Positions 18,103-27,697 of a stretch of DNA of 64,000 nt are shown here, piece after piece. The notes below the pieces were generated by a model. That model saw only the letters and a program-made list of their open reading frames with translations, did no database searches and was not told the DNA's origin. A program made the translations under genes and the position numbers. Numbering within the stretch: the stretch's first letter is position 1; each line of letters opens with the position of its first letter. Origin of the DNA: a virus; the IMG/VR virus record IMGVR_UViG_3300036939_000059, positions 2,802 through 66,801 of that record; one strand, given 5' to 3'.

Positions 18103-19164
18103 TTAAAGCCTACTCAACTTCTCAAACGCCTCTTGATGCGTTTTCTCACTAATCCATCGGTGGTAAGTATCGCTGTGAATTGCCACCGAGTGCCCCATCT
18201 GCTGCGACGCCAGTGTTACATCCAACCCGACCCTTAAAGTTCTGACCGCCCAAGCATGGCGCAAGTCATAAGCGTGAAAGGGCACGTTCCGTTTGAAGAA
18301 CTGCTGCACCCGATACCCATACTCCGAATTGCTCTCGGCAACCACCGAGGGCATTTTTGTATCCCACAACTCCCATTCCTCCCACCACGAGAGCGGGAAG
18401 GGCCACACGCGCCGCGCCCCAGTTTTCCCGTCCAAGACACTCAATACTTTGTCCTTAGCTGCCAACCGCTTCAAGTCCAAATTAAACGCCTCGTGCGGTC
18501 GTAGTCCGTAAACCGCTAGTACCCCATACACCCATTGCCACGCTGGATTAGTAATCCCGTTCCTTACCTCAACAATTAATTCATCCTCTGGTAATTCCCG
18601 CGTGTTAGTCGTCCGGCTGCCAGAATATGACCCAGATAATCGACCTACGTCTAATTCAATTCCAGCAAACTTTGCCAACTGTCCCAACGCCATGCAGAAA
18701 CGCTTACGAGTGCGGGTGTCGGGCTTGGTGGACGTAATGACTTTGAGTATCAATTCCCCACTCAATGCCTCCTCCGGGTCAAGTCGTGCAAAGGTCAACC
18801 GATACTCCTTATCCCAAGTCACAGCCTTGCGATCGCCCCTAGCCCAATAATCTTCCTCAAACTCCCGCACCCAATCCCGTACTAATTTAGGTGCTGTTTC
18901 CTCCGGGGCTAGGTAAGGTTCCCAACTAAACTGCCCTAAAGCAAGTAAACCACCCACGGTTAACGCCTCAGCCCTTGCCCGCTTCAACCCTGAAGCATTG
19001 GCATATATCCCCAGCGCTATCCCTTGCTGATAAGGCTTCACTTTCCCACTCCCTGGCTTAGGTGGCAATGTTGCCCGGAGCCACAAGCGATCGCCCCTCT
19101 GCCACACCTGTACCCCAATCTTCAACGCCTTGAGCTGAGCGTTAATGCTTTCAACTGATTCCAC
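18103..19164 (-). CDS. int: Tyrosine integrase (cyanobacterial phage type)
   Basis: YGLRPHE (R), HAYDLRH (HxxR), MGHS..HSDTY (H, Y); N-terminal arm-binding region. Confidence 0.95.
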   Translation of the reverse strand: MESVESINAQLKALKIGVQVWQRGDRLWLRATLPPKPGSGKVKPYQQGIALGIYANASGLKRARAEALTVGGLLALGQFSWEPYLAPEETAPKLVRDWVREFEEDYWARGDRKAVTWDKEYRLTFARLDPEEALSGELILKVITSTKPDTRTRKRFCMALGQLAKFAGIELDVGRLSGSYSGSRTTNTRELPEDELIVEVRNGITNPAWQWVYGVLAVYGLRPHEAFNLDLKRLAAKDKVLSVLDGKTGARRVWPFPLSWWEEWELWDTKMPSVVAESNSEYGYRVQQFFKRNVPFHAYDLRHAWAVRTLRVGLDVTLASQQMGHSVAIHSDTYHRWISEKTHQEAFEKLSRL

Positions 19165-19386
19165 TGTACTAAATTTGGATTACCAATAACACTGACGTTA
19201 ACTTACAATAATTTTTGGTTACTGCCCCAATAACCGCGAGGAACCATCAGTTTCTCAATACCTCTTCTTCCAGCCCAAACCCCGTAAAGAATAGGAATCG
19301 GTTTGTGGTACCACCATTCGTGGGTTCAAGTCCCATCGTTCGCCCTTATTTCAGGATTTTCAAAAAGGTGCTGTACTAAATTTGGA
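19164..19386. repeat. Direct repeat CTGTACTAAATTTGGA flanking the att core (arm-type site candidates)
   Basis: Exact 16-bp copies at 19164-19179 and 19371-19386. Confidence 0.65.
19300..19345 (+). mobile_element. attP-like core = 3' half of tRNA-His(GTG), not a complete tRNA
   Basis: GGT-TTGTGGT-ACCAC anticodon loop, then T-arm GTGGGTTCAAGTCCCAT and acceptor strand CGTTCGCCC; no 5' half. Confidence 0.85.
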
Positions 19387-19397
19387 CTAAGAATAGC

Positions 19398-19427
19398 AAA
19401 AAACCGCTCTTCAATTGAAAGCGGTTT
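19398..19427 (-). terminator. Intrinsic terminator of the PAPS-reductase-family gene
   Basis: AAACCGCT...AGCGGTTT hairpin with an A6 tract (U-tail on the minus strand). Confidence 0.6.
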
Positions 19428-19458
19428 AAGGTCGGGTTGTGTTGGTGACTAGCGATTG

Positions 19459-20328
19459 CTACTTGCCGCAAATCAATCCGCAAGATGTTCGCGAGATTTC
19501 GGAATCGAGCGAAGCTTTCCCTTTGCCTAGTAGGACATTGCAGATTTTAGTGACGTGTTTTTCAAACACTCGCTCCCTAAAGCCTAAGTCGTCATAGTCG
19601 CTAAGGGGATGATCTTTTATCCAAGTGAAATCCGATTTCTCGAACGACTTAGCTTTTTCAAAGTATGGTGGGTGAATTTCGTAAAGCCACAAAAACTCAG
19701 CTAAGCGTTGGTAGAAACAGAAGTAACAGTTCCCTCGACTTCTACCAGCAAACAATCTGCTGAACTGCCACTTTTCAAGTTGATGTATCCACTTGTCAGG
19801 TGAGACGCGATCGCATACAGCGTCGTGCGCTCGTTGCCAAAAGAAATCAGGTGGTGTCAACCCTTGGGCTTCTAAGATTGCGTAAACGTGTTGAATTCCT
19901 AGCTTCTTGTCCCGCAGTGGGTAGATAGGTTGAATATTAGATCGTCTAGTCGGGATGTAACCTACCCTTCCCTCGTCTGCCCTTAGCCCGTAGTAAACAA
20001 ATGCTGGGTCATTTCCTAGGTAGGTGTCCGTGGGTTCTATTTTTCCTGTCTTCGTACACCATCGAGCTTGAGCAGAAGGCAAAAATCCATTATAAAAATG
20101 GATTTTTGCCTCTAAGTTTGCGCCGATTTTTTTAATCAACCAGCCTGTTTTTTGCTGCACCAACTCAAGCCACTGGTAGACTTCGGGCAACTCTGCCCCA
20201 GTGTCATTGAAGATGAACTCGTAAGGAAGCGATGGTTCCTCCGCTGACTGGATTAATGCTGTCGCTAGACTGTCTTTGCCAGAGATCGGGATGATGTGAC
20301 GTGGTTTCGTCAAAAGAGATAATTGCAT
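19459..20328 (-). CDS. PAPS-reductase-family (PP-loop) protein
   Basis: ISGKDS, FNDTGAELPEVY, RWCT..KIEP, GLRADE, YPL, RGNCYFCFYQ. Confidence 0.85.
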   Translation of the reverse strand: MQLSLLTKPRHIIPISGKDSLATALIQSAEEPSLPYEFIFNDTGAELPEVYQWLELVQQKTGWLIKKIGANLEAKIHFYNGFLPSAQARWCTKTGKIEPTDTYLGNDPAFVYYGLRADEGRVGYIPTRRSNIQPIYPLRDKKLGIQHVYAILEAQGLTPPDFFWQRAHDAVCDRVSPDKWIHQLEKWQFSRLFAGRSRGNCYFCFYQRLAEFLWLYEIHPPYFEKAKSFEKSDFTWIKDHPLSDYDDLGFRERVFEKHVTKICNVLLGKGKASLDSEISRTSCGLICGK

Positions 20329-20357
20329 TGTGGTAGAAATACTTATGTTTAGTTGAT

Positions 20358-21161
20358 TTAAACTTTCAACAATTCAAACGCCACGGCGTACAGCTCTTCA
20401 ATCTTGCCAAGTTGCTCACAGACATCCAGTGCGCCAAACTTAGCGGGGAGGTTCTTTGCCCTTGCCTTCAAGTCCACATGGTATCTGTCGCGGAACTCCC
20501 GATAAATTCGACGCCACACTTCTGGAAACTGGATAGCATTTGCCGTGCTATAGTCCCGCACCAGTCGGTTGAGTTTGGCACGGGTGGTCAAGCCCTCTGC
20601 CTCGATTTCGGGTTCAGGTATTTCGTCAAGAGAGGCGATCGCTTCCTGTTGGGTGACTTCGATTTGATTAAGCCGAGAGTCAACGGAAGCGACCTGAGAA
20701 ACAAGTGACTGCATCTGAATACCTTGTTGCTGGCACATCATTGCGATCGCCATCATCATTTGCTGATTCTGCTGCATTAGCCCCTGCATTTGGGACTGAA
20801 CCTCAAGTAGTTTATCAACCACGGTAGGGCTGTCAGTTGATAGCTGCATCTCGCCATTGAGTTTTGCTGTTACTAGCTTGGCGGCGTCTTCACGATAGCT
20901 TCGCCCAACGGCACCAGGTAGCAGCCCAATGATATAAAGTATGTCTTCTTTGTAAGCGACTGGGGTTAGCCGCTGCCCTTGTCCTTCAAACTGGAAGTTG
21001 TCACTTTTGGTTACAACTTCTGGATACTGTTTACAGATGTCACTCCATGTCTTGCGAGGATTGGATTTGCCTCCAATTACTACGATCGTGTCAAAAACAC
21101 TGTACCGATCATCTTCTGTCTGACGTATCTCGCCGTAACCTAAAACTGATAAATTGGACAT
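20358..21161 (-). CDS. Antirepressor-like protein (Bro-N/KilA-like N-terminus, coiled coil, ORF6C-like C-terminus)
   Basis: IRQTEDDRYSVFDTI..NPRKTW; LNRLVRDY..VWRRIYREFRDRYHVDLKARA. Confidence 0.65.
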   Translation of the reverse strand: MSNLSVLGYGEIRQTEDDRYSVFDTIVVIGGKSNPRKTWSDICKQYPEVVTKSDNFQFEGQGQRLTPVAYKEDILYIIGLLPGAVGRSYREDAAKLVTAKLNGEMQLSTDSPTVVDKLLEVQSQMQGLMQQNQQMMMAIAMMCQQQGIQMQSLVSQVASVDSRLNQIEVTQQEAIASLDEIPEPEIEAEGLTTRAKLNRLVRDYSTANAIQFPEVWRRIYREFRDRYHVDLKARAKNLPAKFGALDVCEQLGKIEELYAVAFELLKV

Positions 21162-21247
21162 TGCTCATTCTCCTTATGTAGGTTGGTGAGTGGTGTCGCC
21201 TGCCTACTTTACACGGGACAGCAGGCGATCGCTTTTGGGTTTGCTAG

Positions 21248-21538
21248 TCAAGAATAGAGATACTCGCTCAATAATGACTCAGCTTCCTCAGTCTTGCCCT
21301 CAGCAAGATTTTTCAATACATCTCTCATCAACTCAATACTCGATTGATGCCGACGTTCCCAATCTTTTACCTCTTGCTCAAGCTTTGTAATGCGGTTTTC
21401 TGGCTTATTCTCCTCGACCGCCTCTAGGATGCAATCCACAATGCTCTCTATCTCTGATCGGCAATCAGAGTCGAATGACTTCCCACTGGATACCTGAAAA
21501 TAATGAATCAGTAATCTTTTTGCTGTATCTGCGCTCAT
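21248..21538 (-). CDS. Hypothetical protein
   Basis: Preceded by TTGACT-17-TATAGT on the minus strand (21571-21599). Confidence 0.6.
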   Translation of the reverse strand: MSADTAKRLLIHYFQVSSGKSFDSDCRSEIESIVDCILEAVEENKPENRITKLEQEVKDWERRHQSSIELMRDVLKNLAEGKTEEAESLLSEYLYS

Positions 21539-21598
21539 TTGACGAATGCCTTTTAATTCAGTACCCTTTAACTATACACACTGTAAGAGAAGCAGTCA

Positions 21599-21796
21599 AT
21601 GGGGACACAGAATGTCAAAGGTAAGGCAAAAAAAGGTGAGGCGAGAACCGATTACGAAGAAGTGAAAATTAGGGTGAATATGACGCTTACTCAAACAGCG
21701 ATCGCATCCCTCGACGCCAAAGCCCAAGAAGAGGGCATCAGTCGATCAGAGCTAATTGAGCGCTATGCACGGAGTTTGGTAGAAGGTAGGGGGTAG
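21599..21796 (+). CDS. CopG/RHH regulator, paralog A
   Basis: RVNMTLTQTAIASLDAKAQEEGISRSELIERYAR. Confidence 0.85.
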   Translation: MGTQNVKGKAKKGEARTDYEEVKIRVNMTLTQTAIASLDAKAQEEGISRSELIERYARSLVEGRG

Positions 21797-21934
21797 GCCG
21801 ATGTCAGAGGATTCTAGACTCTGACTGATAATGGTATTAGTCAGGTCTAAACAAGAGATAGCCGCGACGCAGACGCTCGATGACTCGCTAACGCTACGCT
21901 ATCGCGGTTATAGTGGGGAGCTTTAAGCAAACCG

Positions 21935-22498
21935 ATGAAGGAGTACAGTTGGTGGGGCTTTGGTGAAAACGAACCACCAGAGCACCTCAAAACCAAAAAG
22001 CAACTCTCTGGGTTAGGGAAGAAACCGGGAGAACCTGTGGGAGTGATCCGGACGCCGGACTATGACTGCTACCTGTACGACCCCGAAACTTGTCCAGATA
22101 AGCGACCATTGACCGAGAAACAGAAAGCTTATTTGGAGCGTCAGCGTCAGGAGAAAGAGCGTGCAGAACTGGAGAGGAAAAAGCGCATTGCCGAACGGGA
22201 TTTACGGAATTACTTAAGACATATAGTTTGGGATATAGAAGAGACTTGCGAAGCGTTTGAACCAGGTACAGTTGCAGCGGCTTCAGCTATCCGCCTTGGT
22301 CGGGAGCGTTATGTCAAGCTGCGCTGCGAGATGATCACAAGATATTGCAAATGTGCCAAAGAAGAGCTTCGGTTCTTGTATCCAGCGCCTCAACCAGAGC
22401 CAGGTAGTGCTGTATTAGGCGGAAAGTCTGCCGCAGGTGTTCCACTAGACCCAGATGGACAGTGTCGAACTGCAGTGTTAGGCGGATGCAAGGCTTAG
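21935..22498 (+). CDS. Hypothetical protein
   Basis: 187 aa; PPEHLKTKKQLSGLG N-terminus. Confidence 0.6.
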   Translation: MKEYSWWGFGENEPPEHLKTKKQLSGLGKKPGEPVGVIRTPDYDCYLYDPETCPDKRPLTEKQKAYLERQRQEKERAELERKKRIAERDLRNYLRHIVWDIEETCEAFEPGTVAAASAIRLGRERYVKLRCEMITRYCKCAKEELRFLYPAPQPEPGSAVLGGKSAAGVPLDPDGQCRTAVLGGCKA

Positions 22499-22563
22499 GC
22501 GCGACGCATCGCGGTTATCTTCTGCTTGTGGAGTGGGTGCGATCGCTCTTTAGTCTCTAAGAT

Positions 22564-22824
22564 ATGAAATTAGCCGAGCTAGAACGCATAGTACTTAAAC
22601 TTTCCAACCAGTGCCACGTTCGCTACTGGAAGCACTGGAATTATCCCCAGAAAACTCCTTGGTTGATGGCGTTACACTTCATGCATTACAACGAAGAGTT
22701 CCATAGTGAAAATTTAAAGCGTGAACTGACAGGGCTGGGATTTGTTCGACAGCACACTGATCGTGGAATCTATTGGGTAATTGAACGGGATGAAACGGAG
22801 ATTAAAGATTTCACCTTGTACTGA
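22564..22824 (+). CDS. Hypothetical protein
   Basis: 86-aa ORF. Confidence 0.5.
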   Translation: MKLAELERIVLKLSNQCHVRYWKHWNYPQKTPWLMALHFMHYNEEFHSENLKRELTGLGFVRQHTDRGIYWVIERDETEIKDFTLY

Positions 22825-22852
22825 CCGATGTGCGATCACTCTTAGCTCCAAT

Positions 22853-22918
22853 AAACCTTTTTTTTGTCCTAGACACAAACCTACAGAAAAATTGGAGACT
22901 TCCCGCATTTTTCTGGCA
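22853..22918. repeat. About 66-bp dispersed repeat, copy 1 (copy 2 at 56331-56395)
   Basis: AAACC-T7/8-GTCCTAG.CA.AAACCTACAGAAAAATTGG..CATTTTTCTGGCA shared. Confidence 0.8.
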
Positions 22919-22936
22919 AGTTTTCCGAAATCAGTT

Positions 22937-23587
22937 CTAGTTTTCCTCCGCGCTCATCATTACCTCTTCTAAAACGCTAGGTGTATCTAGTTCAAGCCGT
23001 GACTTGGTTACTGCAAGCACACTTTCAAAGAGGGGCACTAATTCCGGGTTGTCATGCTCTAGTGTGCGTCGCCAATCTTCACCAAATTCAAAAAGGGTGC
23101 CGAGCGCCAACGCTTTCTCGTTCATCTCAGTTTTGAGCCGAGCCATCTCCAAGATTGACCCATTGGAAGCGCGGGAAAGTGAAGGTAGAGCAGCCAGGAT
23201 TTTGGTAGCGTCTCGGTTATTCAGCCGAGTTTCCTTCCCAGTAAACCACTGGTGGTCTTGAATTAAAGCCGTGAGATGGCTGCACAGTACACTCAATTCC
23301 TTACTCAAATTCATCGCCATTTCAATCGGGTCACTACCAGACGCGATCGCCTGCCGCTTGATCCGCATTTCTTGGGCTGCTGCCTGAATATTCTCAAGGC
23401 CTAGTTGAGCATCATGCGATCGCCAGTTCTTCACCGCGTCATAACTACCAGTGAAACGATAAACCTTTTTGAACTCCACATAAGCCGCCCGATGGGAATG
23501 GGCTGACTGAAGAAGCCTCGTTGCTTCGCTGCGGCGCTCTAAAGACATCCGGTTCAAAAAGTCCTGAACTGCGCTTCTACGGGACAT
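22937..23587 (-). CDS. Helical protein, possible small terminase (DUF3486/Mu gp27-like)
   Basis: MSRRSAVQDFL N-terminus, HTH-like region, all-helical C-terminus; weak resemblance only. Confidence 0.35.
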   Translation of the reverse strand: MSRRSAVQDFLNRMSLERRSEATRLLQSAHSHRAAYVEFKKVYRFTGSYDAVKNWRSHDAQLGLENIQAAAQEMRIKRQAIASGSDPIEMAMNLSKELSVLCSHLTALIQDHQWFTGKETRLNNRDATKILAALPSLSRASNGSILEMARLKTEMNEKALALGTLFEFGEDWRRTLEHDNPELVPLFESVLAVTKSRLELDTPSVLEEVMMSAEEN

Positions 23588-23709
23588 CCTAACCTCAAAG
23601 CCTTTAAATAATATGGCAAAGCCTTACAACGCTCATCTTATCCCGTCTTTTTCTTGTAAGGGAAGTCTTGGAAAAATATTAGATAACCGCGACACTATCG
23701 CGGTTATGG

Positions 23710-24462
23710 TTAACGCATCAGCAGGGAAAGAATCGTTGTTGCGGGCTTCTCGCTTGCTGTGCCACTGGATGCTGAACTGGGGAAAGCCGCCGTGCTTGCG
23801 TTATACCGAGCAACAGTTTTAGCAGTACCAGCTGAAGCGCTAGTAGCTGCGATCGCGCTAGCACTAAACCTACTGGCTTTTATTGTTCCATTTGAGCTGC
23901 TGAGACTGGAGGCTGTACTAGAGCTACTTGCTGCACTAACTTTCCCTTGAGCAATAGTATTACCTGTGCCACTTGCAGCTATGCCAAAACTAAGGGCGGC
24001 ATCAACAGTACTAATTGCGATTACCCTACTTGTTGCTGAGTCAGTGACACTAGGTGTGATCGCAGCAGCAACAGTTCTCGTGTCACCCACAAAGACAGAC
24101 TTTACAAGCACCGGAGCGATGGCTCTAGCAAATTGAATTTCCGCTTCAGAGTAAACGGCAAAGTTAAGTGGCTTCCCATTGATAGCATCCGCGATCGCGA
24201 GTCCATAGCGGTACTCAAAGTCTGAGTAAGTAGCCCCTAACCCTGTCGCCTTCCCACTCAACGCTTCAGCGATCGCCAGTGCCAATTGCCAGTGAGATGG
24301 AGTGTATAGTGCTAGGTTTTGTTGTTTGCCGTACAGAGCATCAGCGATCGCCAGCCCATAGCGGTACTCAAAATCTGAGTAATCGGTTCCCACTTTGGAG
24401 CTTGTCGTCAAGATATCACTTAAGGCTAAGGCAATTTGAGGGGAGTCAAGGTAGTTAGCCAA
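23710..24462 (-). CDS. Probable virion protein with internal repeat and Ser/Ala-rich tail
   Basis: YSDFEYRYGLAIADA occurs twice. Confidence 0.55.
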   Translation of the reverse strand: MANYLDSPQIALALSDILTTSSKVGTDYSDFEYRYGLAIADALYGKQQNLALYTPSHWQLALAIAEALSGKATGLGATYSDFEYRYGLAIADAINGKPLNFAVYSEAEIQFARAIAPVLVKSVFVGDTRTVAAAITPSVTDSATSRVIAISTVDAALSFGIAASGTGNTIAQGKVSAASSSSTASSLSSSNGTIKASRFSASAIAATSASAGTAKTVARYNASTAAFPSSASSGTASEKPATTILSLLMR

Positions 24463-25099
24463 ACTTCAGAATCCCTGTTGTTGGAATTTGGATAGTCAAG
24501 TCAGCCCCGTTAGGGTTGTAGTAATAGGGGACCGCTGGGTTGGAACTGTTAGGAGGAATAGCCCCACTCACCGCTGACACTGATAAACTGGTTGCTCCTA
24601 CCGTGGCGGGTGCTGTTGTTGTGACCGTGACTCCACCCAGTGTAAAGCTCGTACCTGATGGAATCGTTCCTGCCCCAGCTAATGCTTGAATAGGAATTGA
24701 CGTGGCTCCGGGGGATACCGCTGCGGTTGTGGTAACCGTTGTGGCTAGCTCGATATAACTAATAATCGGATCAGTCGCGGAGGGATTTGCCCCAGCTTGC
24801 CTTGCTGCTACCATCCCTTTAACCGTTAGAGCGTTGTTACTTGTTGTTAAACCTGCCCACGTTGGGTTGTCAAACGTTCGTCTTGCTCCAGCCCCATCGG
24901 CTGCGATCGCTGTCGTTGTGCTGTTAACCAAAGGTTGAGGAGCGTAAGTTCCTCCAGACACCAACCCAAGGTTGGCAACAGTCGTATTGCCTTGGGCTGG
25001 GACTTGGGCGACTAAGTGCCCGTAAAACGTTCCTGTGGTTAAGTCCAATGTCCGGTTAAGAACGTTCAGATTAGTTGAGTTAAAGACAAGAGAAGGCAT
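24455..25099 (-). CDS. Probable virion structural protein (Thr/Ala/Gly-rich)
   Basis: Beta-rich composition; shares a module with 48941-51703. Confidence 0.6.
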   Translation of the reverse strand: MPSLVFNSTNLNVLNRTLDLTTGTFYGHLVAQVPAQGNTTVANLGLVSGGTYAPQPLVNSTTTAIAADGAGARRTFDNPTWAGLTTSNNALTVKGMVAARQAGANPSATDPIISYIELATTVTTTAAVSPGATSIPIQALAGAGTIPSGTSFTLGGVTVTTTAPATVGATSLSVSAVSGAIPPNSSNPAVPYYYNPNGADLTIQIPTTGILKFG

Positions 25100-25407
25100 T
25101 AAGAGAAATCATCTCCATAGCGTGGGGATTTTTGCAGACGAGGGCGATCGCTTGGGGGCTGATAGCTTTGCAATCCTGGAGTGGGCAAGTCCCTTGGAAT
25201 ACCCAACTGGTCAATCAAATCCAGTTCAATTAATACGCGAAAAATATGCTTGCAGCGCCCCCCTTGGTTTGTCACTCCCCCAAAGCTTCCGTTGTTTGAC
25301 CAGTTCCGATCAATTTGCCGTGACACACTTGCACCCGCCACGTTTTTGGGTTGGCGATTGGTAAAGTCTGGACAAGTGCAAACAAACCGAGGAATAGCCA
25401 ATGTCAA
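25099..25407 (-). CDS. SWIM-type Zn-finger protein
   Basis: FVCTCPDF...CKHIFRV. Confidence 0.7.
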   Translation of the reverse strand: MTLAIPRFVCTCPDFTNRQPKNVAGASVSRQIDRNWSNNGSFGGVTNQGGRCKHIFRVLIELDLIDQLGIPRDLPTPGLQSYQPPSDRPRLQKSPRYGDDFS

Positions 25408-25442
25408 GAAGGGTAGAATTGTATCAATTCTATGCTATTACC

Positions 25443-25664
25443 ATGACTCAATCTTCGGATTTTCCCTATTGGGAGACGCCAGTTCAACAAGATAATAGTG
25501 AAATTGGGCGGCTTAATCAAATGCTCGCAACTCCCGCTCCCGTCCCCCAATTACCACCCGCTGCCAGTGCCCCAGGGCAAGCTCTTTCTCTTCCCGGAAA
25601 ATCTTTGACGTTGACGATTACTACCGAATCAGCACGCTTGGATATCACCTACACCCCGCTTTAA
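25443..25664 (+). CDS. Hypothetical protein
   Basis: Start moved to the internal ATG; Pro-rich linker. Confidence 0.5.
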   Translation: MTQSSDFPYWETPVQQDNSEIGRLNQMLATPAPVPQLPPAASAPGQALSLPGKSLTLTITTESARLDITYTPL

Positions 25665-25668
25665 AACT

Positions 25669-26463
25669 ATGACAACAAGTAGCAGTCCTAGTAGCAAAAG
25701 CGGTAGCACGAGCGGTAGTACAAGCAGTAGCTCTGGCAATAAAAGTCCCAGTAGTTCCGCCTCCATTGACCCTAACAAGTTGTTCACGGGAGGGACAACT
25801 GAGATTTTTAATTCATTTACTCCTAACAGCACGAGTAATTCCAGCTACTACAATCCCAATAACTCTGGGGCGACGCAATCCGCTACTGCCGACGCGAATA
25901 GTGCCGCCGCACTGTCAGGACAAGACTCACTGGCTTTAGCCAAAGATGCGGCGAGCTACATGACCTCTTTGGGTCAGCAGCAGCAGCAAGCGAAATCCGC
26001 TGCTGAGCAGCAGCTTCAGTCGAGTCAGCAAGCCCTCCAGCAGTCCGCCGCCGCCTCAAGCCAGCAACAACAAGCCTTAAGTGTTGGGTCAAATAAGGGG
26101 TACACCCAATCTCAGGTGTTTGGTCCAACCCCAGCGCCCGCGCCCGCTCCTCCTAATCAGCTCCTTCTAAATAACCAAGCTCAACAAAAAGCTGGGTATG
26201 AGCAAGCGATGCTTGAGCGAAATGCCAATATCGCCATGCAAAACACTGTTCAGCAGAAAGCTCAGGAAGCGGCATTGCAACAATCACTTGCTGCTCAACA
26301 GGGTGCTCAAGCCAAGGAGTTGGCTCAATTGCAAGCTCAATCTGCCGAAGATATTGCGAAAACCAACGCAGCGGCGCAAGTGCAAAGCTCACTGTTTAGC
26401 TCCCTAGGCGGAATGTTTTCAAATATGGGCGGCGGCGGTGCTGGTCGTCATTCTTATTGGTAA
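25669..26463 (+). CDS. Ser/Gln/Ala-rich protein, ejection/DNA-pilot-like
   Basis: Low-complexity coiled coil with Gly-rich C-terminus. Confidence 0.5.
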   Translation: MTTSSSPSSKSGSTSGSTSSSSGNKSPSSSASIDPNKLFTGGTTEIFNSFTPNSTSNSSYYNPNNSGATQSATADANSAAALSGQDSLALAKDAASYMTSLGQQQQQAKSAAEQQLQSSQQALQQSAAASSQQQQALSVGSNKGYTQSQVFGPTPAPAPAPPNQLLLNNQAQQKAGYEQAMLERNANIAMQNTVQQKAQEAALQQSLAAQQGAQAKELAQLQAQSAEDIAKTNAAAQVQSSLFSSLGGMFSNMGGGGAGRHSYW

Positions 26464-26475
26464 GGAAATTAAGTA

Positions 26476-27114
26476 ATGGCTTCATCATCAGGCTACGGGG
26501 TAGCCCCTCAAACCGACGCTCAATTCCAAAAAAACTTAGAAAATGCTGCCAAGACAGGCGATCGCGTAAAAGCGGCTCAAGCCCAAGCGGATAAATCAGG
26601 GATACCGATTTCCTACACCGGTCCTGATGGCAGTTCCGGTATTGTGTACCCATCGGGCTACTTTGGCACCAGCAAGGCGTCTAGTGATGCGTCTGTCGCC
26701 AAGGATTCGAGCGCTAGTAAAACCGATACAGGTACTGGCTCTGCTTTTGGGGTTAACGACTACCTGACGATGGCGGGAGGTGCCCAGGATTTAGCCAAAG
26801 ATATGGCTGAGTTTCAGTTAGGCATCAACGAGAAGCAAAGCGCTCAGGACTACTACTTCCGAGAGAAGGAAGACGTTCGAGAGTTTGGACAGGCGAAGGA
26901 GTTCAAGGGCATTGATTTTACCAATACCCAAGCGCTGCAAGGGCAGCAAATTGCGGGTCAGCAAACGCTCACGGAGACCCAGCAAGCGGCAGAAACTGGG
27001 CGATTGCAAGCTCAACTTAGCAACCAAAAGGAGATGCAGCAAGCAGATTTTACCAACCAAACTCAGCAGCGTGCCCAGTCTGCTGCCTTGGCTCAATTAG
27101 GGTTTAGGCGATAG
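26476..27114 (+). CDS. Gln/Ala-rich protein, ejection/DNA-pilot-like
   Basis: AAGGA RBS; Gln-rich helical C-terminal half. Confidence 0.5.
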   Translation: MASSSGYGVAPQTDAQFQKNLENAAKTGDRVKAAQAQADKSGIPISYTGPDGSSGIVYPSGYFGTSKASSDASVAKDSSASKTDTGTGSAFGVNDYLTMAGGAQDLAKDMAEFQLGINEKQSAQDYYFREKEDVREFGQAKEFKGIDFTNTQALQGQQIAGQQTLTETQQAAETGRLQAQLSNQKEMQQADFTNQTQQRAQSAALAQLGFRR

Positions 27115-27143
27115 GGAAGCTGTCAGCGTTCAGCTATTAGCTA

Positions 27144-27647
27144 TTGGTCAAGAAATTAACCACTAATAAAATAACTATGAATTTTAAAGGATTCGGTAGT
27201 AACGCTAATTTCCCCATCGCCAAAAGCTTCAAAACACTAGCTGGGGAAGAATTGTTCCGACTAGACAATCTTGACAAAGAAGCTGAATTGGAGCGGGAAG
27301 CTAAACGATTATTTAAGATTACTGAAGACCTCCGCGCTGCATTTGACCAAGCTTGTACCTGTTTACAAGCGGCTTTTGTGGACAAGTTTGGTGCGGGTCA
27401 GTTGGCAATGATTAATGATGACTTGCTCCGTCAGCGGAAAGCGTGGATTATTCCAATTGAGGATACTGAGGAGAATATACGCAGGGTCGAAGCCCTCAAA
27501 GAGGAAAGCCAGTTTAAAGCTTACGTTGACTACTATCACCGTGCCTGCCCCTTGTCCCCACATCAAGCGATGGTTGTGCAGTATTTAGAAGATGAGGAAT
27601 TCAAGACCGTGTACCGATTGAGAGAAGACATTCAGCGAGGTCTATGA
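27144..27647 (+). CDS. Hypothetical protein (start may be 27177)
   Basis: 167-aa ORF upstream of the RAMP-like gene. Confidence 0.6.
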   Translation: MVKKLTTNKITMNFKGFGSNANFPIAKSFKTLAGEELFRLDNLDKEAELEREAKRLFKITEDLRAAFDQACTCLQAAFVDKFGAGQLAMINDDLLRQRKAWIIPIEDTEENIRRVEALKEESQFKAYVDYYHRACPLSPHQAMVVQYLEDEEFKTVYRLREDIQRGL

Positions 27648-27697
27648 TCTTTGTATCATTAATGGTGTAGATACTAGCTCGTCAAAAAAAAAACTAA

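Noticed and set aside
19300-19345. Functional tRNA-His gene
   Set aside because: The D-arm and 5' acceptor strand are absent; treated as an att core.
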